Assembly (NCBI GenBank): GCA_938009745.1
Contig: CALLII010000025.1
Location: 586 to 64,585, forward strand
DNA: 64,000 bases
Direction: 5' to 3'
Source: an uncultured Flavobacteriales bacterium
GTDB lineage: Bacteria > Bacteroidota > Bacteroidia > Flavobacteriales_D > CAJJDF01
Shown: piece by piece, positions 26,429 to 38,000 of the stretch
Layout: each line of letters opens with the position of its first letter
Position numbering within the stretch: the first letter of the stretch is position 1
Translations under genes and position numbers: made by a program
Notes under the pieces: generated by a model
Told to the model about the DNA's origin: nothing
Databases searched by the model: none
What the model saw: only the letters and a program-made list of their open reading frames with translations

Positions 26429-27109
26429 ATGTTTCAATTTGCTTTCCTATTAGGGATAGTTTTTATTTCATTCAACATAATTTGGTTTTTGTTTACTACT
26501 GCTCTAAAAGCAATATTAGGTAAGACTGGAGATGCCGAAAAATATATTCTTAGAGTAACACAGAGTTACTTTTTGGCTTCAGTAACTGCTATTGCAACTA
26601 TTAAATATGCCGAAAACGGATATTCCATTAATGCGTTAATTTTTATGGGAGTAATTGTGTTGTTTCTTTATTTAATCAATAAAATTGAACAAAGGAAGCG
26701 AGCAATGAACTTTAATTTCCAAATGAATAAGGAGTTTGTCTCCTTTAATCAGAATAACTTAAAATACGATTTGTTAATCGCAATTTCTTCTGTTATCCTT
26801 TATGTTTGTTCAGTTCTATATCCAACAATTGCGCAAATAGGAATTAACAATTGGTTGTTCGATTCTATCCATGAGTTGTATAATTCTTTTTTTATTGGAT
26901 CAATTATTAAAGTAGTTGGAGTGTTTTTCATTATTAGTATTTTCTTTAAAGGATTTATTTCCTTCAGACTATTATATACCCAATTCTCTGAAATGATAAA
27001 TGGGAAAAAATCTCCTGCTTTTGACGAAACTGACGGGTTTACAGATTTTGAAATTGTGGAAGATGATGATTTAGGAGAAGATGGACCTTTACAAATAGAA
27101 GATAACTAA
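26429..27109 (+). CDS. Hypothetical polytopic membrane protein with an acidic C-terminal tail
   Basis: 226 aa with about 5 hydrophobic segments. The tail is FDETDGFTDFEIVEDDDLGEDGPLQIEDN. Stop is 1 nt before the next start. Confidence 0.55.
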   Translation: MFQFAFLLGIVFISFNIIWFLFTTALKAILGKTGDAEKYILRVTQSYFLASVTAIATIKYAENGYSINALIFMGVIVLFLYLINKIEQRKRAMNFNFQMNKEFVSFNQNNLKYDLLIAISSVILYVCSVLYPTIAQIGINNWLFDSIHELYNSFFIGSIIKVVGVFFIISIFFKGFISFRLLYTQFSEMINGKKSPAFDETDGFTDFEIVEDDDLGEDGPLQIEDN

Positions 27110-27110
27110 G

Positions 27111-28244
27111 ATGAAAGCTGAAAGAGAAAAATATATTGTAAAAACTTTAAAAGGACTAGAGCAAGTTGTTAAATTAGAGTTGCAAGAACAAGGAATTAAA
27201 AAATGCCGTGTCACTAACAGGGCAATAGAGTTTCATGCTACTAAAGAACAAATGTATGCATGTAATTATCATTTTAGATCAGCCATAAGTATTCTTAAAC
27301 CAATGTTTAGTTTTACTGCTAAAGATGAAAATGAATTGTATGATAAAGTAAAGGAATTAGAATGGGAAAAAGTTTTTGGATTAGATAAAACCTTTGCAAT
27401 TTCTCACTCTGTAAATTCTGATATTTTTACTCACTCACAATATATTAGTCTTAAAACTAAAGATGCAATTGTGGATAGGTTTAGGGATAAATTTAATGAC
27501 AGGCCAAATGTAGATCCTAAAGAACCAGACATTAAGTTAAATCTTTTTATAAGAGGAGAAAAATGTCAAATTTTGTTAGATAGTTCAGGAGATCCATTAT
27601 TTAAAAGAGGCTACAGAAAGGAAACTAATGATGCGCCACTTAATGAGGTTCTTGCTGCAGGATTGTTATCACTTTCTGGTTGGGATAAAAACTCTCCATT
27701 ACTCGATCCAATGTGCGGTTCAGGAACAATAGCAATAGAGGCAGGCATGATGTTGTGCAATATTCCAGCTGGGTACTATAGGACTAGTTTTGGTTTTTTT
27801 AATTGGGAAGATTTTGATATAGATCTTTGGAAAAAAGTAATAAATGAAGCCAAGGAAAAAATAGACATTGATAAAGGAATTTCTATTTCAGGTTCTGATT
27901 TAGCTATGAGATCGGTAAGAATGGCTCAGTCCAATTTGAGAAATACACCTGAATTAAACAGGGTAATTAGATTTAAGGTAGAGGATGCTCTTGAGTTTGT
28001 ATCAAGAGAACAAAACGGAATGATATTGATAAACCCTCCTTATGGAGAAAGGATTTATAAAGATGAAGTAAATGTACTTTACGAGAGGTTTGGAAACTAT
28101 TTAAAGGAGAATTTCAAAGGGTTTAGTTTAGGAGTTTTAACCTCTAATCAGGAGGCTTTGGATTTAATTGATTTATCTAAAACTGAAGTTTACGACCTAA
28201 TGAATGGTTCTATAGACTGTAAGTTTCAAATGTTTAAAGTGTAA
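27111..28244 (+). CDS. THUMP-domain class I SAM-dependent RNA methyltransferase (RlmL N-terminal-like)
   Basis: N-terminal THUMP-like region. PMCGSGTIAIEA (SAM motif I) and ILINPPYGERI (motif IV, NPPY). Confidence 0.8.
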   Translation: MKAEREKYIVKTLKGLEQVVKLELQEQGIKKCRVTNRAIEFHATKEQMYACNYHFRSAISILKPMFSFTAKDENELYDKVKELEWEKVFGLDKTFAISHSVNSDIFTHSQYISLKTKDAIVDRFRDKFNDRPNVDPKEPDIKLNLFIRGEKCQILLDSSGDPLFKRGYRKETNDAPLNEVLAAGLLSLSGWDKNSPLLDPMCGSGTIAIEAGMMLCNIPAGYYRTSFGFFNWEDFDIDLWKKVINEAKEKIDIDKGISISGSDLAMRSVRMAQSNLRNTPELNRVIRFKVEDALEFVSREQNGMILINPPYGERIYKDEVNVLYERFGNYLKENFKGFSLGVLTSNQEALDLIDLSKTEVYDLMNGSIDCKFQMFKV

Positions 28245-28296
28245 AAGCTCTTTTAAAATCAAATTATTTAATAAAAATTAACAAGGAAGAATAAAA

Positions 28297-28304
28297 TACT
28301 TTTG
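28297..28304 (+). promoter_or_regulatory. TAnnTTTG -7 promoter motif (TACTTTTG) for the PPIase gene
   Basis: Perfect consensus, 32 nt upstream of the ATG at 28337. Confidence 0.4.
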
Positions 28305-28336
28305 TTTCTTTGTAATACAAGAATTACCAATATAAA

Positions 28337-29674
28337 ATGAACAAATTTTCACTTATACTTTTATCACTTACATTTGCTTTAACGAGCTTGTCGCAAACTG
28401 GAACTTTAATTGATGGAACCATTGGTGTAGTAGGTGATAAAGTAATTTTACATTCAGAAATAGAAGAACAACTAGTACAAGCTAAACAACAAGGTTATCA
28501 GTTGGGAGATAACGCTAGGTGTTTGATTTACGAAGAAATATTATTTCAATCATTATTAATGTACCAAGCTGATGTAGATAGTATAGTTATTCCAGCTGAG
28601 CAAGTTAATGGTGAATTAGAAAATAGAATTAGATATTTTGAAAACCAGATTGGAGGAAGAAAGCAACTAGAAGAATATTATGGTAAATCTATTGAAGAAA
28701 TAAAAGCGGAGTTTTATGTATCTATTGAAGATAGAATGAAAGCCGAAAGAATGAGAGGACAAATTACTTCAGGAATTAACGTAACTCCATCTGAGGTAAA
28801 AAAATATTATTATAATTTAAATCCTGATAGTATTCCATTAGTTGGATCTAAGGTTGAAGTTGCACACATAACTTGTGCTCCTAAGGTATCTGAAGCTGAA
28901 AAGTTGAGGACTAAGAAAAAACTTGAAAAATATAGAGAAGAGATATTAAAAGGAGAAAGAATGTTTTCTTCTACTGCTGTTTTATACTCAAATGACCCAG
29001 GGTCAAGTAGCAAAGGAGGAGAGTTCGACTGGGTTACCAGAGGAACCTTTGTGCCTGAATTTGACAGAGCAGCATTTAAAATTAAAGAAGGAGAAGTGTC
29101 TGAAGTTTTTGAAACTGACTATGGATACCACATTCTTGAACTGTTCGAAAGAAGAGGAGATCAATATAGAGGAAGACACATTTTATTAATTCCCAAGATT
29201 AGTGCATTGGAGGTAATGGCCGCAAAGTCATTTCTTGATAGTGTAAAAACATTAATAGATAATGGTGTTTATACTTTTGATGAAGCAGCTGAAAAGTTTT
29301 CTGACGATAAGGAAACTAAGTTTAATGGAGGTCTAATTTATAATCAACAAGCAGGTTCTTCATTATTTGAAATGAACCAATTAGACAAACAAGTATTTTT
29401 AATTATTGATGATTTGCAACAAGGTGAATATAGCAGGCCAATGCTTTCAGAAAATAGAGATGGTCAGTTTTATCAAATTGTGAAACTAAAAACCATTACT
29501 AAGCCCCACAAAGCAAATCTTAAAGACGATTACCAATTAATCCAACAAAGTGCAAAAGCTGATGCTCAGGCAGAAGCAATGAAAAAGTGGATTATAAATA
29601 AATCGAAATCTACTTATATCAAAATTAGTCCTACCTACGTAGAATGTGATTTTGTGAAAGACTGGATAAAATAA
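28337..29674 (+). CDS. SurA-like periplasmic peptidyl-prolyl isomerase (parvulin type)
   Basis: Signal peptide and a SurA_N-like segment. The parvulin domain reads VAHI...GGEFDWVTRGTFVPEFDRAAFKIKEGEVSEVFETDYGYHILEL. Confidence 0.8.
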   Translation: MNKFSLILLSLTFALTSLSQTGTLIDGTIGVVGDKVILHSEIEEQLVQAKQQGYQLGDNARCLIYEEILFQSLLMYQADVDSIVIPAEQVNGELENRIRYFENQIGGRKQLEEYYGKSIEEIKAEFYVSIEDRMKAERMRGQITSGINVTPSEVKKYYYNLNPDSIPLVGSKVEVAHITCAPKVSEAEKLRTKKKLEKYREEILKGERMFSSTAVLYSNDPGSSSKGGEFDWVTRGTFVPEFDRAAFKIKEGEVSEVFETDYGYHILELFERRGDQYRGRHILLIPKISALEVMAAKSFLDSVKTLIDNGVYTFDEAAEKFSDDKETKFNGGLIYNQQAGSSLFEMNQLDKQVFLIIDDLQQGEYSRPMLSENRDGQFYQIVKLKTITKPHKANLKDDYQLIQQSAKADAQAEAMKKWIINKSKSTYIKISPTYVECDFVKDWIK

Positions 29675-29749
29675 TATCCCTAATTCCGTAAGCAGGTTTT
29701 CAATTCTTTTTCTATTTTTACTTTATAACCAGTAAAACGATACTCAACA

Positions 29750-30715
29750 ATGACTCAATTTAGTTCGGATGCCGAAGCAATAGATAGCTTAGTAGTAAAA
29801 TACAAAGAGCTAAGTAAGGAAATTAGTAAAGTAATTGTAGGTCAGGATGAGGTCATAGAAAAAGTGTTAATTGCAATTTTAAGTAACGGTCACAGTTTAT
29901 TAGTGGGTGTGCCAGGATTAGCTAAAACTCTTTTGGTAAATACTATTTCCGAAGTTTTAGGACTCGGATTTAATCGTATTCAGTTTACTCCAGATTTAAT
30001 GCCTTCGGATATTGTTGGTTCAGAAATTTTGGACGAAAACAGAGCTTTTAAATTTTTAAAAGGGCCATTATTTTCTAATATTATTTTGGCTGATGAAATA
30101 AATAGAACTCCACCAAAAACACAATCTGCTTTGCTTGAGGCAATGCAAGAAAGAGCTGTTACAGCTGCGGGTAAAACTTACAAGTTAGATAAACCATTTT
30201 TTGTACTAGCAACTCAAAACCCAATAGAGCAGGAGGGAACTTATCCTTTGCCAGAGGCTCAGTTGGATAGATTTATGTTTAATATTTGGGTAGATTATCC
30301 TAGTTACCAAGAGGAATTAGCTATTGTAAAAGCAACAACTGCGAACAATACTGTAGAGTTGTCTAATGTGTTAACTGGTGCTGAAATTTTGTTTTATCAA
30401 AATCTTATCAGAAAAATTCCTGTTGCTGATAATGTAATGGAATATGCAGTAAAATTGGCTTCTAAAACTAGACCTAATACTGAGTTTTCAACTGAAATGG
30501 TGAATAAATACCTTTCTTGGGGAGCAGGACCAAGAGCCTCACAATATTTAATTATTGGAGCAAAGACTCATGCAGCAATCAAAGGAAAATACTCTCCAGA
30601 TATTGAAGACGTGCAAGCAGTTGCTGAATCAATACTAAGACACAGAATTGTAAGAAACTATATTGCGGAAGCAGAGGGTTATACTATCGAGCGTATTATT
30701 AAAGAGCTTCTTTAA
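29750..30715 (+). CDS. MoxR-family AAA+ ATPase
   Basis: Walker A LLVGVPGLAKT. ILADEINRTPPKTQSALLEAMQE (AAA_3). ATQNPIEQEGTYPLPEAQLDRF. Confidence 0.9.
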   Translation: MTQFSSDAEAIDSLVVKYKELSKEISKVIVGQDEVIEKVLIAILSNGHSLLVGVPGLAKTLLVNTISEVLGLGFNRIQFTPDLMPSDIVGSEILDENRAFKFLKGPLFSNIILADEINRTPPKTQSALLEAMQERAVTAAGKTYKLDKPFFVLATQNPIEQEGTYPLPEAQLDRFMFNIWVDYPSYQEELAIVKATTANNTVELSNVLTGAEILFYQNLIRKIPVADNVMEYAVKLASKTRPNTEFSTEMVNKYLSWGAGPRASQYLIIGAKTHAAIKGKYSPDIEDVQAVAESILRHRIVRNYIAEAEGYTIERIIKELL

Positions 30716-30773
30716 GATTCTATTGGCAACTCCTTAGACAAATTATCGTATATTTAAACATACAATAAAGTCA

Positions 30774-33700
30774 ATGAAGCAGTTAGTAATTTTCTTATTC
30801 CTTTTATCCCCTTTTTTTGGATTTAATCAAAATTCAGAATCTTATCAATTTATTGAAAATAAAGGTCAATGGAATGAAAATGTTCAGTTTAAAACTGATA
30901 TTTCAGCAGGTAATCTTTATTTAGAAGCAAATAAAATTACCTACGATTTTTATAATCAAGAAGAAGTTGAAACTTATTTTCATGCTCACAATTCGCACCT
31001 TCTCCGAAAGGAAATAACAAAATTTAGAGCACATTCTTACCAAGTTGAGTTTATAGGTGGAAATGCTACAAGCATTAGGCCTACTGAAAAAAATATTGAA
31101 TATTACAATTATTTTATTGGTTCAGACAAAAGTAAATGGGCAAACAAAGTTTCAAGTTTCAACAAAATTAGATATGAAAACCTTTATAAATCAATTGATT
31201 TAATTTTTTATTCTAATTACGAATCATTAAAGTATGATTTCGTACTAAAACCTTCGGCAGATCCTTCTAATATTAAACTACTATACAATGGAGTTGATAA
31301 TATTAAGTTGTTAAAAGGGAGGTTAGTAATAAAGACATCAGTAAATAAAGTAATTGAAGAAAAACCTTATGCTTATCAAATTATTGATGGTGAAGAAATA
31401 GAAGTTGAATGTGAGTATACTTTATCTAACAATGTTTTAGGTTTTACTTTTCCTAGTGGATATGATAAAAGCAAAGAACTAATTATTGATCCTACTTTAA
31501 TTTTTTCTACATTTTCTGGTTCTACATCTAATAATTTTGGGTACACGGCCACATTTGATAGAGATGGATTTCTATATTCTGGATCAACTGTGTTTGGACC
31601 AACATACCCAACAACTATAGGAGCATATGATGTAACTTTTGATACCAATGGGATTGTTGATATTGCAATTACTAAATACGATACTACTGGAACATTCATG
31701 GTGTATTCTACTCTAGTTGGTGGTAATAGTGATGAGTTGCCGCACAGTATGATTGTAAACTCTAATGACGAAATCTTCGTTTATGGAACTACTAGTTCCA
31801 CTGATTTTCCTTTCACAACTGGTTGTTATGATTCGGTTTTTAATGGTGGTACAGCATTAAATTTAACCAATGGACTTGGAGTTAATTTTGTGAATGGATC
31901 GGATATATTTGTACTAAGATTAAGTCAAGCCGGAGATAACTTATTGTCATCAACATATGTTGGTGGTTCTGGGAATGACGGCTTAAATTCTACTTTAACC
32001 AATGATTTACGATATAATTATGCAGATGAGGTAAGAGGTGAAATAGAAATTGACAAAAACAATAACATTTATGTTGTTTCCTGTACTCGTTCCATAAACT
32101 TCCCAGTAACTGCTGGTGTTTTTCAGCCTACTCACGGAGGGAATGATTTAGATGGTGTTATTTTTAAAATGGATAATAAACTAACCACACTTATTTGGTC
32201 ATCTTATTTGGGAGGTAATGGAGATGATGCTGCTTACTCTGTAGCTCTTGATAGAAATGATAATGCTTATGTTGCTGGTGGTACAAACTCTAATAATTTT
32301 ATAAAATCAGCCAATGCTATTGATACATCCTATACAGGTGTTAGGGCAGATGGATTTATTACAAAAATAAACATAACTGGTTCAACAGTTTTAGCCTCTA
32401 CTTATTATGGTACAGATGCTTATGACCAGATTTATTTTATAGAGTTAGATAGAAGGGACAGTGTATATGTCTTTGGTCAAACTGATAAAATGGATTCTTC
32501 TTTTATAAAAAATGCAGGATATTTTACTTTTAATAGTGGTCAGTTTGTGACTAAAATGTCGCCAAATTTAGATACTATAGAATGGTCAACAGTTTTCGGT
32601 TCTGGAGGGGGAGGACCAAATATTTCTCCAACAGCTTTTCTGGTAGATGTTTGTAACAAAATTTATTTATCTGGTTGGGGAGGCGCTACAAACTTATTTG
32701 GAACAACAAATAATGCAATTACTACCACTGGAATGGATGTAACAGCAGGGGCATTTCAAACTACTACTGATGGTAGTGATTTTTATTTGATGGTACTTGA
32801 AAGTGATGCTTCCAATATTTTTTATGGTTCATTTTTTGGAGGTAACCAAAGTGACGAGCATGTAGATGGTGGAACAAGTCGATTCGATAGAAACGGTAGA
32901 ATGTATCAATCTGTTTGTGCAGGTTGTGGAGGTAATTCTGATTTCCCTATATTTCCATCTCCAGGGGCACACTCAGATACCAATGGAAGTAGCTGTAATA
33001 ATGCGGTATTCAAATTCGATTTTAATTTACCAATTACATTAGCAGATTTTAATCACAATCCAGTTTCTTGCCTTGGCGACACTACTTTTTTTACTAACAG
33101 AAGTTTAAGAGGAACTTCTTTTCAATGGTTTTTTGGTGATGGAACAGGTTCAACTGCTTACAGTCCATTTCATATTTATTCCAATCCAGGTAATTTTACC
33201 GTAACTCTCATAGTTTCAGATACATCTGCTTGTAATTTTTCTGATACTATTAGGAAGCAAGTAACTATTCTATCCGATTCATCATGGATGCTAGCTAACG
33301 ATACCATATGTGACAGTAGTTTTAAGCAAATAGGTTTTTTGCCTTCAACAAATCCTACAATAACATACAATTGGTCTCCAGGTATTGGGCTAAGTGATTC
33401 TACTATTTCTAATCCAATTGCATCTCCAATTAATACAACAACCTACCAGCTGTTAATTTCTAATGGAATTTGTACAGATACGGTTTCATTAACTGTTGTT
33501 GTTACTAAACTACAACTATTAGTTCCTAATGATACAACACTCTGTATTCCTGGCACACCAATCTCTATTTCTGCTAATACTTTTGGAACAACCAATGTGT
33601 ATCAATGGTCGTCTAACCCATTATTTACAGACACAATAAACACTAGTTTAGGTAATCCAGTTTTAACTGTTTCACCTAATATTTCAACAACTTATTTTAT

Positions 33701-34523
33701 AAGAGTAGGTAACAATAGTTGTTTTTTAGAAGACACAGTACGAGTGAATGTGTTTGCTTCTCAATTTTCAATCACAGGCCCAGATGCAGTTTGTTTTGGA
33801 GATACATTTCAATTATCCGTTATATCCAATAGCACTGATTCATTAACCTATAATTGGAGTCCAAACCCAGAGATAATTACGGGAGATTTTACACCAACTA
33901 TTTCTACAAGTCCTAATGGAACCACAATTTATTCCGTTACGATTACAAGTTCTCAAGGGTGTGTAATTACTTTAACCAAAAGGGTGTACGTTTCTCCCTT
34001 GCCAACAATGGCCTTGGGGGCTTCAGCAGATAGAGACACTATTTTTGAAGGGCAATCCGTTCAATTGAGTGCATTGCCATCTGGTTTTGCTTATTCTTGG
34101 ACTCCCTCAAGCACATTAAATAATTCAACTTCTCAAAATCCAATTGCTTCACCATCAAGTACTACAACTTATCGTGTAAGAGTTACCGATACAGGTTGTG
34201 TTCGAACAGCTACAATAACAATCTATATTTTAGATGTTATTTGCGGGCCACCTGATTTATATATCCCAAATGCATTTACACCAAATGGAGATGGCGATAA
34301 TGATGAATTACTTGTAAGAGGAAATAACATTACAAGCATGACTTTAAGAGTTTATCATAGATGGGGTGAAAAGGTGTTTGAAACAAGTGATCAAAATGAA
34401 GGCTGGGACGGAACCTACAAAGGAAAAGAATGCGATCCAGCTGTTTTTGTTTATTATTTGGATATAGAATGTAAAGGAGGAGAAACCTATCAAGAGAAAG
34501 GAAATGTAAGTTTGATTAGATAA
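30774..34523 (+). CDS. Large T9SS type-B cargo protein: SBBP beta-propeller repeats, a PKD domain, Ig-like repeats and a CHU_C/type-B sorting domain
   Basis: Signal peptide. Repeated ...FPxTxGxxQ...GGxDxFxxK... SBBP-like units. PKD-like WFFGDGTGS...HIYSNPGNFTVTLIV. C-terminal YIPNAFTPNGDGDNDEL...GWDGTYKG...VFVYYL...GNVSLIR. Confidence 0.85.
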   Translation: MKQLVIFLFLLSPFFGFNQNSESYQFIENKGQWNENVQFKTDISAGNLYLEANKITYDFYNQEEVETYFHAHNSHLLRKEITKFRAHSYQVEFIGGNATSIRPTEKNIEYYNYFIGSDKSKWANKVSSFNKIRYENLYKSIDLIFYSNYESLKYDFVLKPSADPSNIKLLYNGVDNIKLLKGRLVIKTSVNKVIEEKPYAYQIIDGEEIEVECEYTLSNNVLGFTFPSGYDKSKELIIDPTLIFSTFSGSTSNNFGYTATFDRDGFLYSGSTVFGPTYPTTIGAYDVTFDTNGIVDIAITKYDTTGTFMVYSTLVGGNSDELPHSMIVNSNDEIFVYGTTSSTDFPFTTGCYDSVFNGGTALNLTNGLGVNFVNGSDIFVLRLSQAGDNLLSSTYVGGSGNDGLNSTLTNDLRYNYADEVRGEIEIDKNNNIYVVSCTRSINFPVTAGVFQPTHGGNDLDGVIFKMDNKLTTLIWSSYLGGNGDDAAYSVALDRNDNAYVAGGTNSNNFIKSANAIDTSYTGVRADGFITKINITGSTVLASTYYGTDAYDQIYFIELDRRDSVYVFGQTDKMDSSFIKNAGYFTFNSGQFVTKMSPNLDTIEWSTVFGSGGGGPNISPTAFLVDVCNKIYLSGWGGATNLFGTTNNAITTTGMDVTAGAFQTTTDGSDFYLMVLESDASNIFYGSFFGGNQSDEHVDGGTSRFDRNGRMYQSVCAGCGGNSDFPIFPSPGAHSDTNGSSCNNAVFKFDFNLPITLADFNHNPVSCLGDTTFFTNRSLRGTSFQWFFGDGTGSTAYSPFHIYSNPGNFTVTLIVSDTSACNFSDTIRKQVTILSDSSWMLANDTICDSSFKQIGFLPSTNPTITYNWSPGIGLSDSTISNPIASPINTTTYQLLISNGICTDTVSLTVVVTKLQLLVPNDTTLCIPGTPISISANTFGTTNVYQWSSNPLFTDTINTSLGNPVLTVSPNISTTYFIRVGNNSCFLEDTVRVNVFASQFSITGPDAVCFGDTFQLSVISNSTDSLTYNWSPNPEIITGDFTPTISTSPNGTTIYSVTITSSQGCVITLTKRVYVSPLPTMALGASADRDTIFEGQSVQLSALPSGFAYSWTPSSTLNNSTSQNPIASPSSTTTYRVRVTDTGCVRTATITIYILDVICGPPDLYIPNAFTPNGDGDNDELLVRGNNITSMTLRVYHRWGEKVFETSDQNEGWDGTYKGKECDPAVFVYYLDIECKGGETYQEKGNVSLIR
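34260..34520 (+). other. Region encoding the T9SS type-B (gliding-motility-associated, CHU_C-like) C-terminal sorting domain
   Basis: YIPNAFTPNGDGDNDELLVRG...RWGEKVFE...GWDGTYKGKECDPAVFVYYLD...GNVSLIR. Confidence 0.8.
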
Positions 34524-34530
34524 TAAAATT

Positions 34531-34932
34531 ATGGATTTTAATATTTTTAAGTTAATAGTTATTTTGTTCTTTGGTATAATTTCTTTGAGTTTTATAACTA
34601 AATCAACAATCATATCTGATAATTGTAGTGTCCTAAAAAAAGGAACTTTTAGATATCTAGATTCAGATAATAAGAATGATTATTTTGTTATTGATGGCAA
34701 AAATCATATTGAATATTTAAATGATGGAAAATCTTGGATTAAATCAAAAGTTAAGTGGATAGAGGATTGCGAGTATGAATTAAGACTTAATAAGATTAAT
34801 TATCCCAATTTTCCTTTCAAAAAAGGAGACAAATTAAATATAAAAATTTTAGGTGGTAATAGCGATACTATTTTTTATAAATCTCAAATAGGTGCTTTTA
34901 TAAATAAAGGAAGATTATTAAAAATTCAATGA
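34531..34932 (+). CDS. Hypothetical small membrane-anchored or secreted protein located between the two T9SS cargo genes
   Basis: 133 aa with an N-terminal hydrophobic helix and two Cys (C32, C80). Starts 7 nt after the upstream stop. Not PorP/SprF-like in size or sequence. Confidence 0.5.
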   Translation: MDFNIFKLIVILFFGIISLSFITKSTIISDNCSVLKKGTFRYLDSDNKNDYFVIDGKNHIEYLNDGKSWIKSKVKWIEDCEYELRLNKINYPNFPFKKGDKLNIKILGGNSDTIFYKSQIGAFINKGRLLKIQ

Positions 34933-35045
34933 TAATCAGTTCTTAAATAAGAGTTAGGCTAAATTTCATGTTAAAATTTAGTTAATAGAATAGGCAGCCA
35001 TTCTTATAAAAAATCGTTATTTTTATTAACTGGACTAATTCGAAC

Positions 35046-38000
35046 GTGAAAAAAACTATTTTAAATATCTCTTTTTTGCTTTTTGTATTTCTTTTTGGAA
35101 TACAGTTAAATAGCTTTGGCTCCCATTTTATGGGGTCCACATTATCCTACACTTGCACTGGTCCTAACCAATACCTAGTTACCTTAAAAGCTTATCGTGA
35201 TTGTGGAGGGATAACAATGCCACCTTCTTTTAGTGTTGCTTATAATGGTTGTGGAAGTTCTGGTAGTGTAACTGTGGCTTTACAAAGTTCTTCAGATATT
35301 TCTCCACTTTGTCCAACTTTAACCAGTATTTGCTCTGGCGGTTCATACCCATTTGGTTTAGAAGAACATATCTATACAGGTACAGTTACCGTCCCAGCTA
35401 ATTGTGCTAGTGTGATTTTTTCCACCTCTTCTTGTTGTAGAAACGGAAGTATTACAAATATTTCAATTCCTGGTTCTATAGGATTTTATACCAGTTCATT
35501 TCTAAATAATAATTTAACTACTTGTAATAGCTCCCCTACGTTTGCATCAGAACCAGCCCTATATACATGTTTAAATCAGTCTGTTGTTTTTCAGCAATTA
35601 GCAACCGATTCAGATGGCGATTCCTTAGTGTATTCTTTGGTAAATTGCCTACAATCTCCAGCAACAAGTGTTCCTTATGCTCCAGGATTTAGTGGAGTAA
35701 ATCCATTGACTACTCCTGTAACAATTGATCCTAATACAGGTGATTTATCTTTCACTGCTACTGCAATTCAAGTTGCATCTGTAAGTGTTTTAGTAGAAGA
35801 ATATAGGGCGGGAATTAAGGTTGGAGAAATTGTTCGCGATATGCAATTTACTATTCTCAATTGTTCCAATACTCTGCCGCAACTATCTGGTATTAATGGA
35901 GCTTCAGGAATATATTCTGTTAATACTTGCGAAGGTGCACCTATCTGTTTTAACATAAACGCAACTGACATAAATGCTGTTGATAATCTTTCAATGTTTT
36001 ATTCAGGAAATATTCCTGGAGCTACATTTACACAAACTGGAACCGGAAATAATCGTGTTGGTACTTTTTGTTGGACACCACCAATCGGTTCAGCAGGAAC
36101 TTATGTGTTTTCATTAGGAGTATTTGATGATGCTTGTCCAATTATTGGTCAAAATTCTAGATCATATATAGTAAATGTAAACTCAAATCCCAATACACCT
36201 ATTTCTGTAAGTGCAGATGTAGGAATTTGTTCGGGTTCAACCACAACACTTTTAGCTACTAATGTTACCCCTAACATTTCTTGGTCGCCTTCATTAGCAC
36301 TTTCAACAACTTCAGGAACTAGCACAAATGCATCTCCAACTTCAACAACAACCTACACTGCAACAGCTATTTACCCTGATGGCTGTAGTTCAAGTGATGA
36401 TGTTACTGTAACGGTTAATCCTGATCCAGTTGCCAATATTAGTCCTTCTTCTGCTAGTGTTTGCCCAGGAGGAAATATAACACTTACAGGTACTACAAAT
36501 TCTACAGGAATGACTTTCCAATGGTTCAATCCTTCAATGGGAGGTTTAGGCTCGGGAACGGTATCAGGAACTTCATCTAGTATTGTAGTATCAGTTCCTG
36601 CTGCTTCAGGTACTTATAATTATACTCTCCGAATTACTAATCCATCTACAGGATGTTCTTCTGATGCGATAGTTCCTTTATCAGTAGGAGCTCCTCCTAC
36701 TTTAGCTTCTTGTATTAATATATATGTTACACCTACGGGGTCATCTGCTGCTGCTGGTACACAGGCTAATCCTACAAATTTGGTTGAAGCACTAAGTCGA
36801 AGTGCTTGTCAAGGAGCAGTGATAAAAATGGCTATAGGAACTTATAATTTTAATAATGCAATCAATCTTCAAAGTTTTGTTACGATAGAGGGTGGTTTTG
36901 ATCAATTTTTTGGATGGAGAAAAACTAGCCAGCCAGGCGCAACTACAATCAATCGAACAACAGCAAGTCCAGAAGGATCAACAAATGCTCAAAGACTTGT
37001 AGCTTTTTATGGAAATAGTGCAACAGGTTTTAGATTACAAGATATTACTGTTAGAACTTCAGCAGCAAATCAGCCAGGTATGTCTACTTATGGTTTGCAT
37101 TTAACCTCTTGTTCTGATTATGATATTGTAAGATGTCAAATTCAGCCGGGAAATGCTGCTGCAGGTAGAAATGGAACAAATGGAACAAATGGAAACATAG
37201 GAAGGAATGGAGGGCGTGGATCAGCAGGTGACGGTAATGATTATGATGATTCTGGAGGAGGAGGAGGAGGAGGAGGAGGGGGAGGAACAACTGTTGGTAA
37301 TGCAGGTACTAATGCAAGCGGTAATTATAATTCGGCTAATAACTGCACTATAGCTGGTGGTAATGGTGGTGGTGGTGGTGCAACTGCTGGTAATGGTGGT
37401 AATGGTAGAGGCGATTCAAATGGTTGTGGTTGTTGTAATGCAGGTTCACAAGGTTATACAGGTGGTTCATCTTCAAATTCTCGAAGTGGTGGTGGTGGTG
37501 GTGGTGGTGCAAATGGTGGTTGCGAAGATGAAAATGGTGGCCGTGGTGGAAACGGAGGAGGTGTTTTAAGTGTCTATGGGTCAAATCTTGGTGGTGGTAA
37601 TGGTGGTAATGATGGAGGGAATGGTGGTGGTTATCCTGGAAGTAACGGTACTGCTGGTTCAAATGGTACTCTTGGATCTAATGGTGGTCTTGGTTCTAAT
37701 GGTTCGCATGTTGGGGGATTCTGGTCTCCAGGTAGTCAAGGGGGCAGTGGCAGTGATGGTAGTGGTGGTAGTGGTGGTGCAGGTGGCGGTGGTGGCGGTG
37801 GACAAGACTGTTTCTTTTGTTCTGATGGATGTGGTTCTGGAGGAGGAGGTGGTGGTGGTGGTGGCCAAGGAGGCCAAGGTGGTACTGGTGGTCGAGGAGG
37901 AGGATCCTCCTACGGGGTATATCTTTTCTCAAATGGTGCAAATGGAATAATTAATCAAAGTTTTGTAGATGCAGGGAATGCAGGTGGAGGTGGTACTCCA

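Noticed and set aside
29750-30715. MoxR ATPase as part of a Bat/aerotolerance-type operon (MoxR-DUF58-VWA), or as a chaperone for the downstream adhesins.
   Set aside because: No DUF58 or VWA genes follow it, and the neighbouring SurA-like gene suggests ordinary housekeeping synteny. A link to the adhesin genes is pure adjacency, so no claim is made.
37084-37950. A cluster of ORFs in other frames and on the other strand, with His-rich, Val-rich and Thr-rich translations (37084-37290, 37348-37662, 37357-37569, 37570-37950, 37659-37877, 37696-37941).
   Set aside because: They are the alternative-frame and antisense readings of the GGN-repeat region of the giant gene. They have extreme single-residue composition and no independent start context, and the sense frame is part of a 9996-nt uninterrupted ORF.
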